The notes: generated by a model not told the origin, from the sequence alone. 64,000 nucleotides of DNA from Mobula hypostoma (GCF_963921235.1 NC_086109.1:7070001-7134000), one strand, 5' to 3'. Shown: positions 48,851-61,494, counted from the stretch's first letter. Program-made: numbers and translations.

Positions 48851-49454
48851 GTTGGCTGTGAGGTCAAAGTTCTATCTTATCATGCAATAGGTCAGTTCAA
48901 GAGTCTTATAACAGTGGGGTAGAAGCTGTCCTTGACCCTGGTGGTTCTTGCTTTCAGGCTTTTGTATCTTCCGTACAATGGGAGGGGGGAGAAAATAAAC
49001 TATCTGGGGTGGTTGGGGTCTTTAACTATGTTGGTTACTTTACCAGGGCAATGTGAAATGTAGACAGAGTCTGTGGAGGGGTAATTGGTTTCTGTGATAG
49101 AACATAGAACATAGAATGGTGCAGCACAATACGGGTCCTTCAGCACACAACGCAGTGTCAAACTTTAAACTCTTCTTCCTAAATAGCCCTCAAACTTCCA
49201 CTTTTCTTTTCTCCATGTTCTCCTCTAAGAGTCCCTTAAATGTCCGATCTGTGTCCACAACTCTGCAGTTTCTTGCAGTCACGGACAGAGCAGACTAACC
49301 CAGGCTTTCAGGAAATCCCTGTTTGACTGAGTTTTCCACTTTTCAGCTATCTTCTCCTTCTCCCTGCAGACTTGTGTTGATGGTCACACCTGCTCTGGAC
49401 AATGAGGACATCTACAAAAGGCGATGCCTCAAAGTAGTGGTATCCATTATTAAG

Positions 49455-49932
49455 ACCATAAGACAAAGGAGCAGAAGTAGGCCATTCAGCCCATCGAGTC
49501 TGCTCCGCCATTTTATCATGAGCTGATCCATTTTCTCCCATTTAGTCCCACTGCCCCGCCTTCTCACCATAACCTTTGATGCCCTGGCTACTCAGATACC
49601 TATCCACCTCTGCCTTAAATACACCCAATGACTTGGCCTCCACTGCCGCCCGTGGCAACAAATTCCATAGATTCACCACCCTCTGACTAAAAAAATTTCT
49701 TCGCATTTCTGTTCTGAATGGGCGCCCTTCAATCCTTAAGTCATGCCCTCTCGTACTAGACTCCCCCATCATGGGAAACAACTTTGCCACATCCACTCTG
49801 TCCATGCCTTTCAATATTCAAAATGTTTCTATGAGGTCTCCCCTCATTCTTCTAAACTCCAAGGAATGCAGTCCAAGAGCGGACAAACGTTCCTCATATG
49901 TTAACCCTCTCATTCCCGGTATCATTCTAGTG
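49455..49932 (-). mobile_element. CR1 LINE 3' fragment
   Basis: KGMDRVDVAKLFPMMGESSTRGHDLRIEG peptide and 3' UTR. Confidence 0.85.
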
Positions 49933-50735
49933 AACACACATCACCCATGGCATGTCTTCTTCTCAATGCTACGATCGGGGAGAGGCACAGGAGCCTGAAG
50001 ACACACACTCAACATTTTAGGAACAGCTTCTTCCCCTCTGCCACCAGATTTCTGAACCAGAATCAGCATTGGAATCACTTTATTGCCAGTCTGTGAAACA
50101 TCCCAAAATTGATTGTGGTTCAGTGCCGAATGTAAAACACAGGACAATCATAGACACAAGAGATTCTGCAGATGTTGGAAATCCAAAGCAATGCACACAG
50201 ATTGCTGGAGAAACTCAGCAGGTCAGGCAGCATCAATGGAGCGGAATAAACAGCCGACGTTTCGGGCTGAGACCCTTCATCAGACAGAGGATGAGAGGTG
50301 ACCTGATGGAGGTGTATAAGATTATAAGATGATGAGAGGCATTGATCATGTGGATAGCCAGGGGCACTTTTTAAGTGTTTTTTCCCTGGGCTGAAATGAC
50401 TAACACGAGGGGGCACAGTTTTAAGGTGCTCAGAAGTAGGTACAAGGGAGATGTCAGAGGTAAGTGTTTCACACAGAAAGTGATGGGTGTGTGGAATGCA
50501 CTGCCAGTGAAAGTGGTAGAGGCGGATACAATAGGGTCTTTTAAGAGACTTAGATAGGTACATGGAGCTTAGGAAAATAGAGGGCTATGTGGTAGGGAAA
50601 TTCTGGCAGTTTCTAGAGTAGGTTACATGGTCAGTACAACATTATGGGCCGAAGGGCCTGCAAAGTGATAACGTTTTCTATGTTTCTCAAAAAAAGGTTC
50701 GTCCATCGTCATTGATGAAGACCTCGACACCATTA

Positions 50736-50880
50736 GTACTTCTTAGGAGATCGAGCTGCAAGCTCGACACTCAACCCGGCACGGATAGAAAGCGTGCCCG
50801 GGAGCGGCTCGACTGGGTTCGAACTCGGGAACCTTCGCTCCTGGAGTCCGGCGCTGATGTCACTGCGCCACCAGCCGGCT
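50736..50880 (-). mobile_element. tRNA-derived SINE nested in the 3' stem-loop of the family C element
   Basis: A box TGGCGCAGTG and B box GTTCGAACCC; absent from the copy at 63126-63574. Confidence 0.75.
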
Positions 50881-51218
50881 GAGGGTGATGATGATGATAG
50901 TGCCGAGACTAGTGCGTGATTGGGATTTAAGTGAGAGAGAGAGTTGCGCAGCGTCAGCCTCACTCTCTCTTCCCAATTCCCATCTGGATCCAGTGGCAAG
51001 ACAGAGTCGAGACGGCTGGAGATGGGACTAGGCGCAGCGGATGACCAGGACGTCTTCTGTGTCTTGTCATGCTCTACGTGTTCCACGACGCTTGCAGAGA
51101 CCGCCTTCTTGACCGTTGGACCTTCCGCTGGTCTCGTCCGCTCAATCCGCCGGAGTCTGTCTTCACATGCTGGGATAGACAACTCCCTATCTCACCGAGG
51201 GTTTGAGACCCGTCGGCT

Positions 51219-51404
51219 ACCCTCACCTGGTTTAGCCGGCTTGTCGAAGCCATTGCCCGGGGTGTGGCCGCTGTCACATACAAACAGCTACGGGGAGCCA
51301 CAGGTGAGAGCTAAGTGCCAGGAGGGGACCAGAGGTGGACTAACCGCCCTGAAAAGGACGCGACATGTTCCCCCACCAGGGGTGCTACCCCTCTCTGACA
51401 CCCC
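51219..51404 (-). ncRNA. HDV-like self-cleaving ribozyme candidate with an extra hairpin in L3
   Basis: P1 GGGGUGU/ACACCCC, P2 GCUCUCACCUG/CAGGUGAGGGU, P3 GGC/GCC, L3 UCCCCGUA, P1.1 CC/GG, GGGCAA, P4 GGCUU/AAGCC, J4/2 GGCUAA (C 51235). Confidence 0.75.
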
Positions 51405-52209
51405 AAACACCCCTTTTTACCATAACAGACAACACAATAGCAGCAACAATTTACAAGACAATAGGGCAAACAGCCATGAGCAATCAACAATCAGCAGAAC
51501 GGTCTCATGTGCAAACGTCAAAAATCAAACTTAAATAAATGTGATCATATGAACAGACTCAATAATAATTGAGTTATAATTATAATAATTATAATTATCA
51601 ACAAAACAAGGAGAGCAGGAAAGGCCAGGTAATGGATGTTTTGAAGGGACAGTTAGGGTATAACCTCAGTGAGATTTATTGAGAAGAAGCTTCGGAGATG
51701 AGGCTAGCCCCAGTGGTGATGGACGTACTATCTCCTTGATGGCAATTTGGTGAATTGGTGACTGCTAGTTGTGTGGGATCAGCAGTAATTTTTTCAGCTC
51801 TTATTTTTCACTCTGGTGATGAATGGACAATGAACCAACCCATGAACACTACCTTACTGTTTTTTGCTCTCTTTTTGCATTATTTATTTAATTTAATCTT
51901 TTAATATATATACTGTATATTTCTTACTGTGATTTATTGTTTTTTATGTATTGCACTGTACTGTTCCTGCAAAGCCACAAATTTCACGATAAAAGCCGGT
52001 GATATTTAACTTGATTCTGATTCTAGTTCCCCTGAAGTGCAGTATCCCTGAACTTGTAAGCACCACATGTAGCGAGCAAAGAGTTCATTTGTTCTGCATA
52101 GCTTCACATGACATTGCCTTTCTGTTTAAAAGGAGATTTTATACAAGTTTAATGACTTTTCTTCCTTTGAAGATATGGCCCTGATATTTCATGACAGATT
52201 GAGAATTAA

Positions 52210-53560
52210 CACAGGAGGCAGCGCTTCACCTGCGAACCTGCTGAGATCGCCTATTGTACCCGGGCTCCCGATGCAGCCTCCTCTACATTGGTAAGACTTG
52301 TCGTAAACTGGGGGACCGCTTCGTCGAGCACCTCCACTCCATCCACCAATAGCAGAACTTCCCAGTGGCCAAAAGTTTTAATTCTGATTCCCATTCTCTT
52401 CCGGCATGCAAGTCCAAGGCCACCTTTTGGGCCAAGGTGAGGCCATCCTTAGGGTGGAGAAGCTACACTTTATTAGATTAGATTATGAGAACACTCAGTC
52501 CTCATTTATTGTCATTTAGAAATGCATACATGCATTAAGAAATGATACAATGTTCCTCCAGAGTGGTATCACAGAAAACAGGACAAACCAAAGACTAACA
52601 CTGACAGAACCACATAATTATAACGTATAGTTACAGCAGTGCAAAACAATACCATAATTTGATAAAGAACAGACCATGGACACGGTAAAAAAAGTCTCGA
52701 AGTTCCAATCGACTCCCGAGTCCCCAATAGCAGGCGGCAAAAGGGAGAAACTCCCTGCCATAAACCTCCAGGCACCGTCAACAGCCGATGCCTTGGAAGC
52801 AGCCGACCACAGCCGACACTGAGTCCGTCCATCGGAAAACTTCGAGCCTCCAACCAGCCCCTCCGATACAGCCCTCCCGAGCGCCATCCTCTGCCGAGCG
52901 CTTTCAACCTCTCCCCGGCCGCCGAAACAAGCAAAGCCAAGGATTTGGGGCCTTCTGCTCCGGAGATTCCGGTTACCACACAGTAGCAGCGGCAGCGAAG
53001 CGGGTATTTCAGAAGTTTTCCAGATGTTTCTCCGTACTCTCATGTCTGTCTCCATCAAATCAGAACTGTGCACGGTCCCCTACTTGACAGATTACAGATA
53101 TCATTCACCGGAGAGGCCGCGCGCTGCCGTCGCGCCGCCATCTTCTCCTCCTTCTGGGTAGCCTCCAACCTGATGGCATAAATATTGATTTCTCCTTCCA
53201 GTACAAAAAGAATTTTCCTTTCCCTCCTCTCTTCTTCTATTCCCCACTTTGGCCTCTTCTCACCCGCCTATCCTGGTACCCCCTCCTTCCCTTTCTCCTC
53301 TCTTAGCTGATTTTTCCTTCTCCAGCCCTTTACCTTTCCCGACACCTGACTTCACCTATCACCTTTTAACTATCCTCCTTCCCCTCCCCTAAATTTTTAT
53401 TCTGGCAACTTCTCCCAATCCTTTCCAGTCCCACAGAAGGTTCTTGGCCTGAAACATTGACTGTTGATTTATTTCTGTGGATGCTGTCTGATCTGCTGAC
53501 TTCCTCCAGCATTTTGTGTGCTTTGGACTTCCAGCATCTGCAGAATTTATTGTGTTTAGA
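52210..53560 (+). mobile_element. Penelope-like element 3' part (GIY-YIG endonuclease remnant and pLTR) interrupted by a family A retroposon
   Basis: RQRFTCEPAEIAYCTR / SRCSLLYIGKTCRKLGDRFVEHL near 52215-52335; degenerate hammerhead near 53425-53463. Confidence 0.75.
52472..53151 (-). mobile_element. Non-coding retroposon family A, copy 2
   Basis: GGAGGAGAAGATGGCGG 5' end and (TAATC)n tail; colinear with 2490-3170. Confidence 0.85.
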
Positions 53561-54770
53561 TATTAATAGGGTTTCTGTCTGAGTGGATTTCCTCTACAGT
53601 AGATGCAAGCCATGTCAAAATCGGAATCAGGGCCAGAGTTTTTATCACTGACTTATATGTTGTGAAATTTGTTGTTCGTGGCAGCTGTACAAAAGGACAT
53701 AAAATTACTATAAAATACGAAAATAAGTACAACACCCAATAAAAATATTAGATCTTTCCAAGATAGGTTTTTTAGATGACTTTTGTTTGGGATAAAACAT
53801 GGCTGCGGGAGATTCAAGGATTCTTTCTGTGTAAGACACGAGAGATTCTGCAGATGCTAGAATTCTTGAGCAACACACACAAAATGCTGGAGAAACTCAG
53901 CAGGTCAGGCAGCATCATCTGTGGAGGGGAATAAACTGTCAATATTTGGGCCAAGACCCTTCATCAGGACTGGAAAGTTGGGGGCGGGGGTGCGGCAGAA
54001 GCCAGAATAAGAAGGTGGGGGAGGGGAAGGAGTACAAGCTGACAGGTGACAGGTGACAGGTGAGACCAGGTGAGGGGAAGGTGGGTGGATGGGGGAGGGG
54101 AGGTGAAGTAAGAAGCTGGGAGGTGATAGGTGGAAGAGGTAACTAGATGAAGAACGAGGAATCTGATAGGAGAGGAGAGAGGACCATGAAATGAAAGTGG
54201 AAGGAAACCAGAGGGAGGTGATGGGCAGGTGAGAAGGAGAGTAGGGGCAAGACGGAAGCCAACATGTTTTGTTGTTGTGTGTATTTTATTGTGTACAACT
54301 GGCATTATTCAGGAGCAGGGGATGTTTTGGGGTGTCAGCCTTATCAGGGACTTGGGCGTATTGAGAAAGGAAAGGTATAAACTACAGAGGAAGTTTGACT
54401 CATTAGATAATGAAGGGCTGAGAGGCTCTTCCTTTGGATGGTGAGCCCAGAACCAAAGGTATTAGGCTTCTTGTTTTTAATCTTTTCAGAGAATGCTCTT
54501 CCTATCCCAGTAATAAATTATGTGAATCTTCACTACAATCTTTCCATTGCAATTTTATTTTTCCATCCATAGAGAGACAGGACAATATAAACCAGGTTCC
54601 AAATTTGATACCAAATATGATAGGTGCCTTGAAGTTCTTGCACAAGTTGCTCAGGTGATTAAGAAGGTGTTTGTTGTGTTGGTCTTCATTAGTAGGGGGA
54701 CTGAGTTTAAAAGCAACGAGGCAATGTTGCACCGCTATAAAACTCTGCTTAGACTACATTGGAGTATTGT

Positions 54771-54972
54771 ACACACAAAAAAGGCTGGTGAACACAGCAG
54801 GCCAGGCAGCATCTCTAGGAAGAGGTACAGTCGACGTTTTGGGCCGAGACCTGGGACTCGGCCTGATACGTCAACTGTACCTCTTACTATAGATGTTGCC
54901 TGGCCTGCTGCGTTCACCAGCGTTTTTTGTGTGTGTTGCTTGAATTTCCAGCATCTGCAGATTTCCTCATGT
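54771..54972. mobile_element. Palindromic Penelope-derived insertion in a CR1 fragment, 13-bp TSD
   Basis: TSD ATTGGAGTATTGT (54758-54770) vs ATTGGAATATTGT (54973-54985). Confidence 0.8.
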
Positions 54973-55574
54973 ATTGGAATATTGTGTTCATCTCTGGTCA
55001 CCTCATTGTAGGAAGGATGTGGAAGATTTAGAGACGATGCAGAGAAGATTTACCAGGATGTGCCTAGACCAGAGAGCATGTCTCATGCGGATAGGTGGAG
55101 AAAGGTGGGGCTTTTTGGAGCGATGGATGATGAGAAGTGCATAAGGTGATAAGAAGCACAGATGGAGTAGACAGGACAGTCAGTTCTTTTTCTCCCACGG
55201 CTGTAATGGCCAATACCAGAGGACATGCGTTAAGGAGAGTGGAAGAAAGTTGTGGAAAGATCTCAGTGGCTGTTATTTTATAGAGCCATTTTATATTATT
55301 TATATTATTTTATATAATATGTTATTTTATGAAACACACTGCTGAGGGTGACGGTAGAGATTGATACATTGGAAACATTTAAGAGACTCATGAATAGGCA
55401 CATGTGTGGAAGAAAACTGGAAGGTTATGGACTACCTAGGAGGGAAGGGTTTGATTGACTGTGGAGTAGGCTTGTATACACAGGTCAGCACAACTTTGTG
55501 GTACAACGGGCCTGCATTGTTCTATGTTCTATTGCACCTGAATGAACCACTTCACCTGGCAGCTCACTGCATAG

Positions 55575-58500
55575 ACTCACTATCCTCTGTGTGAAAGCGT
55601 GAGTCTCTTGAGTGACCTCTGTGTCCTTGGGGTCTGCATCACTCTTGGTGTTGTTTGTTTCCATGTCTGTATCTGTGGAAATGTCCTGTGCATCTGTACG
55701 TGGAAACTCCCTCTCGCTTGTCTTCAGCAGATGCTTCCTGTTCCTCCCGTAGACTCTTCCATCCGGCGAGCAAACTATGAAGGATCTTGGTTGCTGATGT
55801 CTGTTCACAACCACAGCTGGTTGCCAAGTGTTTCCTCTCTGTATTCTGACATTTTCACCTGTATGCAGATCTGGCAACTGTCTTGTATGTCTGTCATAGT
55901 AGCTCTTTTGCTTTATTTGCTTGTACCCTTGCTTGTCATGTAGTTGAGCATTACCTTCAGGAGTCAGTAGAGTTCTGGATGTTGGCAGTTTGGACTTCAG
56001 ACGACGTCCCATCAACAGCTGCGCAGGAGAGAACCCCACACCCTCAATCGGTGTGTTGCGGTATTCATTCATTGTAATGTCTCTTAGCATTTGCATTTCA
56101 GGATCACCTGCAGTCGCTTTCCAGAACATGTTCAACTTTTCCTTAGAGATGGGTAGCTGAGGTGTAACCCAGTTGACCTCCAGCTCTCTTCCTAGCAACT
56201 CTTCCTTTTGCTCTTTGAGGTAAGCACGGCTCAAAGCATCAGCGATGTGCAGTTCTTTTCCTGGCTTATAGGTGACTGTGAGAGTGTACCTCTGTAGCCT
56301 GAGAAGCATCCTTTGCAGCCTCATAGGAGATTGGTGGAGTGGCTTTTTGAAGATGCTCTCAAGTGGTCTGTGATCACTCTCAACCTGGATTTCTTTCCAT
56401 ATACATATTGGTGGAACTTCTCACACCCATAAACTATGGCGAGTAATTCCTTATTGATTTGAGCATATCGGCGTTGACAGTCCATAAGTGCTGGTGATCC
56501 ATACGCCACAGGCCTCCCATCCTGCAGTATAACAGCTCCTATCCCCTCCGAACTGCCATCCACAGACATCGTCACCGGTTTATTGACATCATAGAACTTG
56601 AGTGCTGGGGCATTGGTAATCAACTGCTTCAATGTGTCAAAACTTTTTTTTTGTTCATCTTCCCAATGCCATTCAGTGTTGCTCTCTGGTAGCTTTCGGA
56701 GTGGAGTGCTGACCTCTGATAAGCTGGGAATGAATTTGGCAAGATACTGTATCGTGCCCATCAACCTCAATAGTTCTTGCTTGTCTTCAGGTGGTGGTAG
56801 CTGTAACACAGCTCTGACATTTTCATCATCTGGTTTTAGCCCATCAGCGCTGAGCACATGACCTATGTATTTGATCTCTGTAGTTCTGATCTTACATTTA
56901 CTTTTGTTCAGTTTTAGGTTGCACTCACGTGCTCTCTCCAGGAGCTTCCTCAGTCTCTGATCATGTTCCTCAATTGTGTCACCCCATATCAGCAAATCGT
57001 CAATGATGTTGACCACCCCGTCCAGGCCTTCAATCATTTGTGCCACGGATCTCTGGAATACCTCTGATGCAGAAGAAATCCCAAAGGGTAGACGCAGGAA
57101 ACGATATCTCCCGATGGGCGTGTTAAAAGTGCATAATTTGGAACTCTCTTCATCCAGCTTGATCTGCCAGAAGCCTTGATTTGCATCTAATACTGAAAAG
57201 TATTTCGCATTAGGCATGCAGGAGACAACCTCTTCAACCGTGAGCAGCAGATAGTTAGATTATTAGATTAGATTATGAGGACACGCAGTCCTCTTTTATT
57301 GTCATTTAGTAATGCATGCATTAAGAAATGATACGATATTCCTCCGGTGTGATATCACAGAAACACAGGACAGACCAAGACTGAAAAACTAACAAAACCA
57401 CATAATTATAACATATAGTTACAACAGTGCAACAATACCACAACTTGATGAAGAACAGGCCATGGCACAGTAAAAAAGTTCAAAGTCTCTCGAAAGTCCC
57501 ACATCTCACGCAGATGGGAGAAGGAAGAAAATTCTCCCTGCCATGCCCGACCACAGTCCGACTCTGAGTCATCCGAAAACTTCGAGCTCTGATCAGCTCT
57601 CCAACACCGAGCACCGAGCACCATCTCTATCCGAACGCTTCGACTTCAGCCTCGGATGCCAGCAACAGGCAAAGCCGGGGATTTTGGGGTCTACCCTTCG
57701 GAAATTCTCGATCGCACAGTAACAATAGCAGCGAACCAGGCATTCCAGAAATTTCTCCAGATGTTCCTCTGTTTCTCACGTCTGGCTTCATCAAATGAGA
57801 ATTGTCCATGGCCCCTATTTAACAGATATGATATCATTTCACTGGAGAGCTGCGCGCGCTGCGTCGCACTGCCATCTTCTCCTCCCGCCAAGAGAGAGGA
57901 TAGTGCTCTCTTTTGATGGCTTGGTTGAGATCTTGTGGATCCATGCAAATCCTCGTTTTATTTTTGTGACCACTGTCACCATACTATTCACCCAGTCGGT
58001 CGGTTCTATTTGTCTTATTATGATTCCCATCTGTTCCATTCTGTGTAGCTCCTCCACTACTTGATCCCTGAGAGCTACTGGAATCTTTCTCAGGCCATGC
58101 ACGACTGATGCAATAGTTGGATCAATCTGGTTATGGTGTTTCCCTGGTAAACATCCTCATCCAGAAAAGTCTTTGAGAATGTCATTTTCTTTTTCAACAC
58201 CATAGATTCGCTTCACCAGGCCTAGCTTTGTGCATGTTGCTTTGCCCACTATTGCTGGAACACGTTGCTGTACTATTTCAAACTCGATCTTGTATTGTCG
58301 ACCTTTGTACACACAGGTGAGTGCTTTTTTGCCCAGTGGCGCCATCTTGTGGCTGAAATATGCAACAAGCTTGCAGGTGAATTTTTCCAGTCTTCCTCTG
58401 ATGTCCAGTGAGTTGAATGTTTCTGCTGACATTACATTGCACTTTGCCCCAGTGTCAAGCTTAAATGTCGCATTCGTCCTGTTTATTATCAGATCTTTTG

Positions 58501-59541
58501 TCCAATCATCTTCATCCTCCATCTCTGCATTGCCAATATTCTTGATGCATACCTCCTGTTCCAATTCAACTGTGCCAATGAACATGTCAGTGTTGCCCTC
58601 ACTCTGTTCCACAGCATGCATTTTCCTTGCGTGCTCCTTCGATTTGCACATCTTTGCAAAGTGATTTCTTTTCTGGCATAACTTGCATGTCTGACCAAAG
58701 GCTGGACATTTTCTGTATCCATGGTTATAACCACATCTGTTGCAGTTAACTTCCTTTTGATCATCCTGTGGAGCTGGCTTTGTCCCACTCTGTCAGTTTT
58801 CACAGTTTTTATTTTGTACATTTCATTGAGCATTTTAACCTGACTTGACGTGATCTCGCGGGCACGGCAAACATCAATCGCCTTTTCTCATGTAAGATCT
58901 GCCTCTCTCAATAGCCTGCCTCTCACTTGATCATCTTGTATGCCGCATACAATCCTGTCACATATTAAAGAGTCATGCAGTTGTCTGAATTCACAGTTTT
59001 TTGCCTTGCTCTTCAAATCTGTTACATGGGCATCTATGGTCTCTATTGGTCCTTGAGCCCTCATGAAAAACCGGTGTCAGATGAACGGTAGGTTTTTTCT
59101 CGGTTCGCAGCAATCTTGAAACTTTTTCTTCAACTCTTCAATTTTTTCTTGCTCATCATCTTGGAAGACAAACGTGTTGCAAACCTTTATCGCCTCTTCT
59201 CCCGCTACGTGCAGAAACGTAGCACACTGCACTTTCTCCGTCTTTTCAGCTAGGCCGATAGCGGTGCAAAACAGCTCAAACTTCTGGATCCATATTTTCC
59301 AGTTTTCAGCAAGATTACCTTGTAGGCTTAAACTTGACCGTGGCTGTAACTGTGACATCTTTTACGTGTCTTCTCTTCCTTTTTTTTCCGCGATTTCTTC
59401 TGACACCATGTAACATTGATGTGACTCGGATACCGCTGTAGATTGAACAAACACGTTTATTCACCAGACTTCCATTTTACTTCTCTACGTCCTGACGTCA
59501 TACGCACTCTGACGCTACGAATACTCACATAATACATTACA
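55575..59541 (-). mobile_element. Degraded Ty3/Gypsy LTR retrotransposon: 5' LTR, PBS, gag, protease, RT, RNase H, internally deleted integrase; 3' LTR missing
   Basis: LTR TGTAATG...TGTTACA at 59541-59409; PBS TGGTGTCAGAAG at 59408-59397 (tRNA-Leu-like 3' end); gag from ATG 59358; FKLDTGAKCNV; LDANQGFWQI, RLPFG, IIDDLLIWG; KELLAIVYGCEKFHQY. Confidence 0.92.
57256..57898 (-). mobile_element. Non-coding retroposon family A, copy 3 (divergent), inserted in the Gypsy RT
   Basis: TSD GATAGT at 57250-57255 and 57899-57904; splits the AIKREHY / LLTVEE motif. Confidence 0.85.
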
Positions 59542-61112
59542 ACTGCTACTGTAACACATTGTGGTAACCGTTATGTCACCATGCTGCCCCGTCTAATATC
59601 ACTAATGCACAATTATGATTATACAGTGTTAGGTATTGTTACTCCTTATCATTATGCTTACACCTAGCATTATGCCCTTCTCGTATTGTTTCCCATTTTT
59701 AATGTTTCCCCCTGAAATGTACGCCCTCTGGTATTAGACATTTCAACCCTGGGGACCAAATCTCAGCCATCTACTCTGTGTTTGTCTCTCAGATTCTTAT
59801 AAATTGTGTGGGGAGAGGAAGAAGGGAGGGCAGGTTAGATTTGCCTTATCTAGGGGAGGATTTATCCCAAAATGGTCTGATGCAGGGTCTCAACCTGAAA
59901 CCTCGACCGCTCCCTACACCTCCACAGATACTGTTTGACTTGCTGGGTCTCACTGACAGTTTGTTCACTGGCCCGTAATATTCTTCTGTTGTTTGCACAA
60001 TTTGTATTTTTTTTCCTCACTCTGCGCATTGGGTGTTTGACTGTCTTCTTTTATCTTAATGTGGCTGCCTGTGAGGAGACGAATCTCAAGGTTGAATAAT
60101 GTATACATGCTTCGACAATAAGTGCACTTTGAACTTTGAACTGTTTCTCTTACCACCATCACAATCCCTGACCAACTCCATTCGACCAGTCAGATTTCAG
60201 AGATGATTTTGGAGGTGTACCTGATCAAACTGCTGAGGTTATTGAAATCATCCATTTCCACTTTAAGAATTCTGTTGCGGTCAAGATGTATCTCAGATAT
60301 TGAACTTGGTAGGTCTTGAAAACAACATCGAAACAACCGAGAGCATATCAATGTTTAATTAATGGGAACAGTGATTATATGGAAAGAACTATAAATATAG
60401 AAGAGTTAATTCCACTCAGTGATTGGAAACAGATTAGTTTATTGATCATTCTTTGACTTAAGAAGTGCTTTTCACAGGAAATTCCGAGCTTACCACATCG
60501 TTAGAGGTTTAAAATCAAACTGGCCCAAATGACTAAGGAAGGCAAACTTCATTCCATGAACCAAATGTAGTTTTGTTTGATTTTGTGGAATTAGGTTCTT
60601 TAGATACTGTATTCCAGATTTTATTTCAGTGCTCCAGGATAAACCCCACCCCCCACAACTGTTGTAATGTGATATAGACCAACTGTTTCCAGTTCAGTAG
60701 TCTGGGTCTATCCAGTGGTTTAACCTCTGTGCGGAATTATTGTTGACTCTATAGTTCCCACTGATTGAGAACGCAGCCAACAAGCTCATGGACCCCTCCC
60801 TCCCCAGTCATTCTCACTTCTACCCCCTCCCATAGGGGAGGAGATACGAAGCCTTGAATGCAGGTACCACCAGGCTTAAGACAGCTTCTACCCCACTGTG
60901 TTCAGAATCTAAAGTGGGCCTCTTGTATGAACTTTCAATCTGCCTTGACGTGACCCTTCACCTTACTGTCTAGCTGCAGTGGAGTTTCCCTGTAACTGTA
61001 ACACTATATTCTGCTTCTACTTTTCTCGATGCTACCTGGATGTGCCTTTGTGAGGAATGGTCTGTCTGATGGCACACAAGCAAAAACAATTTCACTCTGT
61101 CTCAGCTTGTTC

Positions 61113-61465
61113 CTTATGTGCCGTGAAGTATTTCTGTGACCATGATTGTTCTTGGAAAATTTTTCTGCAGAAACGGTTTGCTATTGCCTTCTTCTGGGCA
61201 GTGTCTTTACAAGATGGGTGACCCCAGACATGATCAATACTCTTCAGAGATTGTCTGCATGGCGTCAGTGGTCGCATAACCAGGAATTGTGATCTGCACC
61301 AGCTGCTCGTACGACCATCCACCACCTGCTCCCATGTCCTCATGTGATCCTGATCGGGGGCTAAGCAGGTGCTACACCTTGCCCAAGGGTGACCTGCAGG
61401 CTAGCAGAGGGAATGAGCGGCTTACACCTCCTTTAGTAGAGACATATCTTCACCTCACCAGCCTC
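61113..61465 (-). mobile_element. RTE-related short element family B, copy 2
   Basis: Reverse complement is homologous to 3744-4122. Confidence 0.7.
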
Positions 61466-61494
61466 TGACTCAGTACATGTGACAATAATAAGAC

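Larger units (their letters stand above)
50697..51404 (-). mobile_element. Non-coding retroelement family C, full-length copy headed by an HDV-like ribozyme and interrupted by a tRNA SINE at 50736-50880
   Basis: Homologous to 63126-63574; 3' stem-loop CTCGACACCAT/ATGGTGTCGAG; the 5' end equals the P1 strand GGGGTGT. Confidence 0.8.

Noticed and set aside
50733..51534. 149-aa and 196-aa ORFs (and 221-aa ORF at 63093-63758)
   Set aside because: They cross element boundaries in GC-rich non-coding repeats, have no domain motif, and the frames differ between copies
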